A stretch of DNA of 64,000 bases. Source: an uncultured Acidobacteriota bacterium (GTDB lineage Bacteria; Acidobacteriota; Thermoanaerobaculia; Multivoradales; UBA5704). The notes beneath the pieces are model-generated. The model worked only from the letters and a program-made list of their open reading frames with translations, did no database searches and was not told the origin of the DNA. Made by a program: the position numbers and the translations under genes. Within the stretch, counting starts at the first letter, position 1; each line of letters begins with the position of its first letter. The stretch spans positions 75,515 to 139,514 of the forward strand of contig CAVWRJ010000017.1 in assembly GCA_963757335.1 (NCBI GenBank), given 5' to 3'. This document shows positions 56,409-64,000 of the stretch, piece by piece.

Positions 56409-58436
56409 ATGCGAAAGGAGGAGAAAGCCCCGGAAGGTCCCCAGAGGATAGGACCATACCAGGTGGTCACCCTGGTCTACCGGAGCCCTTTCAATGAGGT
56501 CTACTGTTGCCGGGAAGTTCGTCTTGATCGCAATGTAGCCGTCAAGGTGACGCGGTTAGATGACGCCAACAGGGCAACGGCCTCGTCTCGCCTTCGGCGT
56601 GAGGCACTGATCCGTTCGACGATCGAGCATGCGAACATTCTCCCCCTTTATCGCGCGGGGCGCTCGCGCTGGGGATCTTACCTGGCGGGGGCTTGGCTGC
56701 TAGGGGGGACGCTTCTTGACCGCTACGGCTCCCTCAGGCCGGAAGCGTACGTATCCCTCACCCGTGAGATCGGAAGCGCTCTCGACAGGCTTCATAGCGC
56801 AGGCTGGATCCATGGGGATCTGAACGGACGGAACATCGTCTTCGGGGGGGATGGCCGGGCGGTCCTGATTGATTTTGGTTCCGTGCGGCATATCGGCTCC
56901 CGTAACGGCGGAGAGACGGGGCTGGATATAACGCCGGAAGTGGTTCCTCCTGAGGTCTGGCGTGGAGAACCCGCCGATGGGCGAAGCGATCTCTATGGGC
57001 TAGGCGTGCTGCTGTACCGCAGCATGACCGGGAGATATCCGTTCGAGGGAGACGAGTGGCCGTGCTTCCCCGAGCAGCACTGCGATTCTCCCGTGCCTTT
57101 CCCCTCCGGTCTGAATTCGGCCATTGGGCCGCGAGTCGAGTCGGTGCTCCTACGGGCTATGGAGAAGAATCCTAAGGAGCGCTTCCGGACGGGGGAGGAG
57201 ATGGCTGCGGAGTTGAGCCGCGCGGTAGCGGCCGACGCTGGCCTGAAGGAGGACGGAAGTGCAGCCAGAAGCCAGTCCTTGCCGCGTGCCGGGGGGGCGC
57301 GGCTGGAGCCCGGCTTAGGAGCAGAGACAGTTCGGGCGGCCGGCGCCCAGTTGGAGCGTTTCGCCGGAAACCTGAGCGACCGGGAGCAAGAGGCGTTGCG
57401 GGCGCTTCTCGACTGGCTTCAAGAGGCTAGGGCCAAGGCTACTTCTGAGGTCTCCGCCCTTACCACCAAGCTGTTCGTTGTCCCGGCGGCGCTGCTGGCT
57501 CTTGAACAGATCGGCGCTTCTGAGGTCCTTGCGGACGGAGCGACAACCCCCGAGGAGTTGGCGGCGGCCTGCGGAGCGCCCCGATCCACTACTACATGCC
57601 TGCTCGAGGTACTCGCCGCCGCCGAACTGCTCGGGGTCAGTGGGGACCGATACTCCCTGCCGCCTCCGCTCGGTCTGCTCTACCAGACTGGAAAGCGCCT
57701 GGGGACTCCCAGCCGGCCGATTCAGGAGGCGGCCGACTTCTGGAGTTGGCTGCCGGACTGGGCGCGTACCCGCCAGCCTTACCTCGCCATGGACCGCCCG
57801 GACGGGTACGGCTACTCCCCGGTTGTCGAGTTGCTGGCCAGTCTCGTCGGGGAGCCGGCGCGCCAGCTCGCCGGCTACCTGCGATCTTCCGATCAACTGC
57901 GGCAGGGCGCGGCGATCCTCGATGTCGGCGCGGGCTCGGCGGTCTGGAGCCTCGCGGCCGCGGCCGGAGATCCAGAGGCTACCGTAACGGCGGTAGACCG
58001 CCCCGCGGTATTGAAAATCGCTCGTGCGCGCGCCGAGTCTGCTGGGCTCGGCGCGCGCTTCGAGTCGCTAGAGGGCGACTGGCGAACGGTCCCGCTGCCT
58101 TCTGAAGCCTTCGACCTCGTACTCGTAGCGAACCTCTGTCACCTCGAACCAGGCGAGGAGGTGGCGGTCCTGCTACGACGGCTCCGGCCACCCCTCCGTC
58201 CCGGGGGCCTTCTGGTCATCGTGGACACCATCCCGGAAAAAAGAGAGGAGGCACCGCTGACGATCCTGCTCACTGGGCTTCGGCTCGCCTTGCGTACACC
58301 TCGCGGAGGTATCCACGATCTCGAAAGCTATCGTCGTTGGCTGAAGGCGGCAGCCTTCTCCGTTCAGGAGCTGCTGCCTCTTCTCCCGGACGAGCATTTC
58401 TTTGCGCTCATCGCTTGCCCCTCGCCGCGGGATTGA
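56409..58436 (+). CDS. Ser/Thr kinase-like domain fused to a class I SAM-dependent (O-/N-)methyltransferase
   Basis: VAVK, HGDLNGRN, IDFG, PPE, SDLYGLG; helical linker; wHTH-like dimerisation segment; LDVGAGSA, EGDW, FDLVLVANLCH, LRPGG. Confidence 0.85.
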   Translation: MRKEEKAPEGPQRIGPYQVVTLVYRSPFNEVYCCREVRLDRNVAVKVTRLDDANRATASSRLRREALIRSTIEHANILPLYRAGRSRWGSYLAGAWLLGGTLLDRYGSLRPEAYVSLTREIGSALDRLHSAGWIHGDLNGRNIVFGGDGRAVLIDFGSVRHIGSRNGGETGLDITPEVVPPEVWRGEPADGRSDLYGLGVLLYRSMTGRYPFEGDEWPCFPEQHCDSPVPFPSGLNSAIGPRVESVLLRAMEKNPKERFRTGEEMAAELSRAVAADAGLKEDGSAARSQSLPRAGGARLEPGLGAETVRAAGAQLERFAGNLSDREQEALRALLDWLQEARAKATSEVSALTTKLFVVPAALLALEQIGASEVLADGATTPEELAAACGAPRSTTTCLLEVLAAAELLGVSGDRYSLPPPLGLLYQTGKRLGTPSRPIQEAADFWSWLPDWARTRQPYLAMDRPDGYGYSPVVELLASLVGEPARQLAGYLRSSDQLRQGAAILDVGAGSAVWSLAAAAGDPEATVTAVDRPAVLKIARARAESAGLGARFESLEGDWRTVPLPSEAFDLVLVANLCHLEPGEEVAVLLRRLRPPLRPGGLLVIVDTIPEKREEAPLTILLTGLRLALRTPRGGIHDLESYRRWLKAAAFSVQELLPLLPDEHFFALIACPSPRD

Positions 58437-58827
58437 TGACCTCTCCCCCCGGCGTCTCAAGGCCGAACCGATACTGCCAGCCCACGATGACGGTGACCTC
58501 GGGCTTTGCGGCACCGCCCGTCCCGAAGCCTACCGAACGGGCTAGCTGCGTCGCGAGGGGGGTTCTCAAACCTGAAACCTGGGGAGCGGCTGCCGCTGCG
58601 GCCGCGGCCATCTCAGCCGCTGGAGCGGCTTGGGCGCGAGTGAGGATCCAACCCAGCACGTCCCTCTCCTGCTGGGGAAGATCCTTGACGAACTCCGAAA
58701 GCTTTTCCGCGACTGATTCGACCTCCTCCTTAGAGATACGAGTCGCGTGGCTCTTCGTGTACTCGGCTCCGTGTGAGCCCACGGAACTTTGTGGATCGGA
58801 CTTTCCTTCCTCCTCTTTATGGGCCAT
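58408..58827 (-). CDS. Putative RiPP precursor (139 aa; helical leader, Ala linker, core ...EVTVIVGWQYRF)
   Basis: AAGGAG SD; last gene of an operon with two RiPP-type radical SAM enzymes; aromatic W-x-Y-x-F motif. Confidence 0.75.
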   Translation of the reverse strand: MAHKEEEGKSDPQSSVGSHGAEYTKSHATRISKEEVESVAEKLSEFVKDLPQQERDVLGWILTRAQAAPAAEMAAAAAAAAPQVSGLRTPLATQLARSVGFGTGGAAKPEVTVIVGWQYRFGLETPGGEVINPAARGKR

Positions 58828-58857
58828 TGTCGTCTCTCCTTCGTGTTCTCGAACGAG

Positions 58858-60282
58858 TCATGTCTCGCTTCGAGGATCGGTCTTCAAAGAGGGATGTCCC
58901 AACACCGCGGCCATGTCAGAGAGCAGGGGTGCGAGTCCGCAGCAGCTCTCGTCATGGAGGACGCCCAGACGTCCCCGAAGGTACCGGTCGTGGGGGCAGC
59001 CACCCTCACAGATATGAAACCAGGGGCACTTGCGGGCCAGTGCGATACCATTCGCCGTCTCGGTCCAGGCACTGGCAAGGGTGGGGGAGGCGAGGAGGTC
59101 CGCCAGGCTTCTCTCCGCAAGGCTACCGAACCGGTAGCCCTCGGCTTCAATGTATTTGTCACAGGCCGAGACCTCGCCCATCGGCTCGATCGTCAGGAAA
59201 CCGCCCATGCAGTTGCCGTCGAAGACACAGGAACGGGCTCTCTGGCCCTGGATCTTGCCGACCAGATCGGCGAGCTCCCTAAATGAGATCCGATCTGCGA
59301 AAGCGGGCCACCAGAGGCGGAAAAGGTCTCGCAGGAAGTTGACGAAGCGTGACCAGGCGACATACGAGCCCGTCAGAGGAGACCCCTTCGGCATGTTTTC
59401 GGGGATGACATTTAGGAGACCGACGCTGCACACCCCGATCTCAAGGAGGTAGTTGAGCATCGCCTGCGCCCCGAGGGCGATCACATCTTCGTCGATTACC
59501 ATTAGGATGCCGTGTTCCAGGCCGCTCGCCTGGACATCCAGAAGGGCCTCGCCGACTCGCTGGGACGTGGGCCGGCCGGCGGCGTCGATCCGACGGCGGT
59601 CATGGATCTCAGGCGGGCCGTCCAGGCTGATGCCGAGGCTGAACCCGTAGCGACGGCAGAAGTCCAGCCACTCGGGCGTGAGGTTCGTCCCGTTCGTTTG
59701 CAAAGCGTTAAAGATCTTCTGGCCCGACCGCCGGAAGCGCTGCTGCAGCCACAGCGCCTTACGGAAGAATGATAGGGGGAGCAGGGTGGTCTCACCGCCG
59801 TGCCAGACGAACTCCACAGCCGTCACCGAGGACGCCAGAGCGCCATGGGTGGCGCGGGCCAGCACCTCAAAAGTCATAATCTGGTTGGGACCCTCGCGCC
59901 AAGAGTGACAGTAGGTGCACCGTAAATTGCAATGGCGTGTGGCCTTCATTACCAGGACCAGGCTATTGCGTCGGCTGGTGCCCTCCGCCCGGGGCGCTGC
60001 TAGCAGGCGGTCGACGACGGCGATCTCCTGAGGCGCGAGTGCCGCTTCGGCGGGCTCCGCGGCCAGCGCGGTCAGTCCCGAACCGGGAGTCACCATCTCC
60101 AGGAGGGCCGAAAGGGCCATTCTCTCGCGCTCGGAGAGGCCCTGCGCGAATTCGTCGAGGTGCTCCGATACAATGGCGAAGGAATCATCGTCTAGGCGGG
60201 GTGCCTTGACGCCGCGCCGGCGCAGGGTGTCCAGAGGAAGGAAGGGAGCGGTGCTCTCGCCGTCAGGCTGGGTCCGGTACAT
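58858..60282 (-). CDS. Radical SAM/SPASM peptide maturase (anSME-like clade) with an N-terminal leader-like extension
   Basis: CNLRCTYC, WHGGE, QTNG, ISLDGP; SPASM-type CVFDGNC...GEVSACD...CPWFHICEGGCPHD...CC. Confidence 0.9.
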   Translation of the reverse strand: MYRTQPDGESTAPFLPLDTLRRRGVKAPRLDDDSFAIVSEHLDEFAQGLSERERMALSALLEMVTPGSGLTALAAEPAEAALAPQEIAVVDRLLAAPRAEGTSRRNSLVLVMKATRHCNLRCTYCHSWREGPNQIMTFEVLARATHGALASSVTAVEFVWHGGETTLLPLSFFRKALWLQQRFRRSGQKIFNALQTNGTNLTPEWLDFCRRYGFSLGISLDGPPEIHDRRRIDAAGRPTSQRVGEALLDVQASGLEHGILMVIDEDVIALGAQAMLNYLLEIGVCSVGLLNVIPENMPKGSPLTGSYVAWSRFVNFLRDLFRLWWPAFADRISFRELADLVGKIQGQRARSCVFDGNCMGGFLTIEPMGEVSACDKYIEAEGYRFGSLAERSLADLLASPTLASAWTETANGIALARKCPWFHICEGGCPHDRYLRGRLGVLHDESCCGLAPLLSDMAAVLGHPSLKTDPRSET

Positions 60283-60286
60283 GAGA

Positions 60287-62171
60287 TTACCAGTTCGGGT
60301 TGGCAGGGAGGGCCAGGCTTAGGAAGCGGCCATCCTCCTGCAGCATCAAGCCCGGGGCGCCGAACTCGTCAAGGCAGGCACCCACCTCAGCCAGACTAGC
60401 GAAGTCTCCGTCGGTCTTCCGGAGGTGCTCCCGGATCTCCCCGACCGTGCGATCCGTCGCGCCACAGAAGTCGTAGATCAGGGCCTGTCGGCGCTGAAAC
60501 GCATGCACCCTCGCCTCCTTTTCTCTCCGATCTACGACTTGGATCCAGTCCGGTGCTCGCTGATAGATGAGCACGGGAACCGGCTCACGTTGCCAGCTCT
60601 CCCGCCAGACCTGAACCTGCTCGTGCAGGGGCTGATGACAGGTCTCGGGAAGCACGCCATCCATCTCATAATCGAAGAAATAGGCGATCTGATGGAGATC
60701 GATCCGCTCTTCCGGGAAGACGAATCGATAAGCCTCCGGGGGCGTACGTTGCGGGTGGGGAATGCGTCGTCAAAGAAATAGGGGCTGAAGCGCTCCAGCC
60801 AGATCCGGCCGCTGCCCGACGGCGGTGGCAGATGCCGCAGCAACGGCAGGATCAGGAGCTGCCGGTCATAATCATCCGGGACCTCGCCGGGAAAGCCAGT
60901 CAGGATGTTCCAACCGACCCGCATGCCGTAGTAGTAGGCCCATTTCAGCAGCCGCACGTTCTGCAGCATGGTCACGCCTTTTCGCATCAGGGCGAGGACG
61001 TGTGAGCTGAGGCTTTCGATACCCGGCTGGATGGACGTGATGCCGGCCTGTGCCATCGTCCGCAGTTGAGCCTGCTTCAAATTGGACTTGACCTCATAGA
61101 AAATCTGATAGTCACTGCGCTCTTCGATCAGCGACAAACAGAGTTTGTCTAGGTAATTGTGATCCATGATGTTGTCGACGGCCTCAAGGTTGACGATCTT
61201 GTATCTCTGGGTCAACCGCCGGAGCTGTCCGCGGGTCTCTTCCGGAGTTTTTGACCGGAACTTCATGCCGTTGCCATTGAGCCCGCAGAACGTGCAGTGC
61301 TGCTTTTCTCCCCACCAGCAACCCCTTGCCGTCTCGAAAAGGAGGAGCGGGGGAGAGTCGCCGAGAACTCGCTCCCTGCCGAGCCGGAAGAGCGTTTCGA
61401 AATATTCGTCGTAGTTCGGGTCAGGGAGGCTGTTAAGATCGTGAATCAACGCCGCCGGCCCGCTTTCGACGACACCGCCTCCGGACCGTGATAGGACGCC
61501 TGGCAGGCCAGCGATGCTCTCACCGCGAGAGACGCGGTCCACGAGCGCCGGGAATACCTGATCGCCCTCGCCCGTGACGACATAGTCGATAAAGGACAAG
61601 GCCCGAAGGTACTCCTTCCCCATCTCGCCGTCGAAGTTCGCGCCGCCGAAAACAATCACAAGATCCGGATGTTCCTCCTTGATGCAGCGGGCCAGAGAGA
61701 ATGCTGCGGTGTTCTGCTCGAACGTGCTGGTGAAGCCACGACCGAATAGAGATTCCAGTCAATTTCGCGTTCCAGGCGCTCGATCCACGCCGGCAGGACC
61801 TCGTTGCGGAGCCTGCACAGGTTGGCAAAACTTATCTGGAGATCCTGGCAGGTCCTCGCTAGGGATGGGCATGCCTCCCAATAAGACGACTCATCGCCCC
61901 GGGTCCCGAATGCGGTGGCCGCGAAGAGCCACTCTCCCAGTAACTGGTCCGTCCGGAGGCGGGCGAGCATGCTGTAGGGAGCAGCCCCGAGCTCGGCGGC
62001 CAGCTCAAGGTTCAGATAGAAAACGTCAGCCCGGTGGCCAAGCTGGGCTAGTTCGGCCTTGAGGAGACCGCACTGGATGGAGGGGCGGTCGGCCATCGCA
62101 AAAGGCATGTTGACCAGGGCTACCTGGGCGGGCAACTCGGCCTTGCGATTTAGTGCGTCGCGGTTGGGCAC
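60287..62171 (-). CDS. RiPP maturation radical SAM C-methyltransferase (cobalamin-binding), frameshifts near 61738 and 60740
   Basis: LVNMPFA...PSIQCGLLKA, GFTSTFEQN, GGANFDGEMG, ETARGCWWGEKQHCTFCGLNG (Cx7CxxC), QPGIESLS, WNILTGFPGE, ERFSPYF. Confidence 0.9.
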
Positions 62172-62239
62172 AAGCGACTCCGTATCCTTCTGCTCGGCTG
62201 GCGTCGACCACGAGCAGTAACAGTATAGGCTAAATCATG

Positions 62240-62438
62240 AGAGTGTCTACCATTTCCCCAAAAGAGTCGGCACTTTCAGACTTTAGAGACGTTCGCGCTC
62301 ATACTTCACTTCGGCAGCGGCATTCTCCGGGCATTCTCCGTCCCTTCAGGTCCCGACCGGCGACTCGATCTGCGCCCGCTCCCGCGCTGGGGACTCCTGA
62401 GCGACGGCGGGGAGGGCGAGGGCGACCGAGGTGCCGAC
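62240..62438. repeat. Right copy of the island-flanking repeat (includes the intact kinase 3' end)
   Basis: Collinear with 56020..56240 (GTGTCTACC, GAG[C/T]CG[A/G]CACTT, TTCGGCAG..GGCATTCTCCG, exact 22-mer, then coding similarity). Confidence 0.85.
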
Positions 62439-63749
62439 GCCGGGGGAGCTCTTGACCGTGATCCTGCCGCCGTGGGTCTGGGCGATGCGGTCGACGATGG
62501 CGAGGCCTAAGCCGGTGCCGCCCTTGCGGGTCGAGTAGAAGAGGTCGAAGATCCGCCGCTCCTCGCCGGCGGGGATGCCGATGCCGTTATCGACCAGCTC
62601 CAGGACCACGTCCGCCCCGTGCCGGTAGGCGAGGAAGCGGAGTACCGGGGGGCGACCGCTCTCCTCGGTGGCGTTAAGCGCATTCTGGGCGAGGTTCAAG
62701 AGGAGCTGGTTCAACTGGCCGGGGTCGACCCGCACCCGCGCGCCGCCGGTCCGGTCCTCGATCTCGACTTTCGCTCCCCGTCGCTGGATCTCGCCGGCGA
62801 GGATCGCCGTCACCCGGTCGAGGAGGCGGGCCGGCGGCACGTCCTCGAGCTCCAGGGGGCGGGGCTTGGCGTAGGCGAGGAAGTCGGTGACCAGCCGCTC
62901 CAGCCGGCTGATCTCGGAGCGGGTGATCGAGAGGAGCCGCCCGCCGGTGGGCGCCCCGCCGTACTCGCGGATCTCCTCTTCCAGCATCTGCATGTTGAGG
63001 TTGAGCGAGTTCAAGGGGTTTCTGATCTCGTGGGCGAGCCCGGAGGCGAGGGTGCCGATGTAGGCCAGCCGCTCGGCCTCCTTGCTCTGCGCCTCCAGGC
63101 GGGCGGCGCGGCGCAGCAGCTGCCAGATGAAGATGTAGGCCGAGGTCAGGAGGGCCAGGGTGACGAGCCCGATCACCGTCGCCTGGCGTACCAGGGTGCC
63201 GCGCAGCACCTCGACCCGCCGGGCGAGCTCCGGCCCGCTGATCCCCACCACCAGCATGCCCATGTCGCCGATCGGCACCTGGATGCTCGGCACGTTGTAC
63301 TGGAGCTCGCGGTCGGTGCTCTTGGTCTCCACTCGCGGCCCGAGCTCGCCGGTGCCGACCAGCGGACCCGAGCGCGAGGAGGGGACCGGCACCATGGCGC
63401 TGGTCTTCGCCTTGTAGACCAGCAGGTTGTTCTTGTCGCGGATCTCGACCTCCTGCACGATGTCGCGCTGGCGGAGGACGGAGTCGATGTAGGTCTGGGT
63501 CTCGTGCTCGACGGCGATCGCCGTGTAGAGGTCCTTGCCCTTCCCCTGCGCCTGGTGGGCGATCTGGCGGGCGACCGACTCGGCTTCGTTGCGGGTCTCC
63601 AAGAGCACGCTCTCGACCTCGTGCTGCGACAGCGAACGGAAGATCAGCCAGCCGAAGAGCGCGATGTCGCAGAGGACGAAGAGCCCGAAGACCACGGACG
63701 CCACGAGGAGCCGGCGGGAGAAGGCGGAAGCCGCCACGGGAAGAGCCAT
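62346..63749 (-). CDS. Membrane-bound sensor histidine kinase (NtrB/PilS-like)
   Basis: Two TMs, LAHEIRNPLN, LNLAQNA, DNGIGI, FYSTRKGGTGLGL. Confidence 0.93.
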   Translation of the reverse strand: MALPVAASAFSRRLLVASVVFGLFVLCDIALFGWLIFRSLSQHEVESVLLETRNEAESVARQIAHQAQGKGKDLYTAIAVEHETQTYIDSVLRQRDIVQEVEIRDKNNLLVYKAKTSAMVPVPSSRSGPLVGTGELGPRVETKSTDRELQYNVPSIQVPIGDMGMLVVGISGPELARRVEVLRGTLVRQATVIGLVTLALLTSAYIFIWQLLRRAARLEAQSKEAERLAYIGTLASGLAHEIRNPLNSLNLNMQMLEEEIREYGGAPTGGRLLSITRSEISRLERLVTDFLAYAKPRPLELEDVPPARLLDRVTAILAGEIQRRGAKVEIEDRTGGARVRVDPGQLNQLLLNLAQNALNATEESGRPPVLRFLAYRHGADVVLELVDNGIGIPAGEERRIFDLFYSTRKGGTGLGLAIVDRIAQTHGGRITVKSSPGVGTSVALALPAVAQESPARERAQIESPVGT

Positions 63750-63785
63750 CTTATAGAAGGATAACACCCGCCTCTCGCTCCCCCC

Positions 63786-63814
63786 TTGACACCTACCCCT
63801 CGCCGTCCTATCTT
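63786..63814 (+). promoter_or_regulatory. Sigma70-type promoter for the GntR gene
   Basis: TTGACA-17 bp-TATCTT. Confidence 0.65.
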
Positions 63815-63834
63815 GTACTAGTCATCTAGTACAA
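63813..63834. promoter_or_regulatory. YtrA-type GntR operator palindrome
   Basis: TTGTACTAG-TCAT-CTAGTACAA, a perfect 9-bp inverted repeat over the predicted start site, plus an extra AGTACAA half-site. Confidence 0.8.
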
Positions 63835-63852
63835 ACAGTACAAGAAGCCGCC

Positions 63853-64000
63853 ATGCCCATCCGTTTCCAGCTCGACACCGCCTCCGGGGTCCCTTTCTAT
63901 CGCCAGGTCATCGACCAGGTTCTGGGCGGGATCGCGACCGGGGCGCTCGCGAAAGGCGAGCGGCTGCCGACGGTGCGGGCGCTGGCGGTGGATCTGGCGG
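63853..64000 (+). CDS. GntR-family (YtrA-like) regulator, N-terminal part
   Basis: MPIRFQLDTASGVPFYRQVIDQVLGGIATGALAKGERLPTVRALAVDLA. Confidence 0.92.
   Translation, partial: MPIRFQLDTASGVPFYRQVIDQVLGGIATGALAKGERLPTVRALAVDLA

Larger units (their letters stand above)
56241..62240. mobile_element. Horizontally acquired RiPP island (no integrase seen)
   Basis: Visibly more A/T at third codon positions than the flanks; bracketed by the long imperfect direct repeat. Confidence 0.6.

Noticed and set aside
58858-60282. Anaerobic sulfatase maturase
   Set aside because: No sulfatase is nearby. It has an N-terminal leader-like extension and sits between a RiPP methyltransferase and a precursor-like gene.

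Overview
High-GC (about 70% by eye) bacterial chromosome window. Gene content and style suggest Acidobacteriota (Thermoanaerobaculia-like); this is an inference. The backbone carries housekeeping and metabolic genes: an NAD kinase 3' end, tamB-tamA/bamA, a peptide ABC transporter, an MFS transporter, queA, larB/larE, gcvT-H-P, sixA-CHAD, a CoA-dependent catabolic operon with a kynureninase-like gene, HD-GYP, rplU-rpmA-obgE-nadD-rsfS, hsp20, Nramp/MgtE-like genes, two histidine kinases and a YtrA-type GntR. Many genes, including obgE, carry apparent single-base frameshifts that are probably assembly errors. The main discovery candidate is a lower-GC island of about 6 kb (about 56.2-62.3 kb) bracketed by a duplicated histidine-kinase 3' end. 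It encodes a B12-type RiPP radical-SAM C-methyltransferase, a radical-SAM/SPASM enzyme, a 139-aa precursor and a Ser/Thr kinase-methyltransferase fusion. The precursor's core (EVTVIVGWQYRF) resembles a BamA beta-signal and the dynobactin C-terminus. A gapless 35-aa helical motif is shared by the precursor leader, the rSAM N-terminus and the kinase-methyltransferase linker, suggesting a leader-mimic docking mechanism. A second accessory region (23-27.3 kb) holds a Cys/Gly-rich secreted protein cassette inside a 39-bp direct repeat, two back-to-back 21-bp-period arrays and an orphan Cys-rich double-glycine RiPP precursor.
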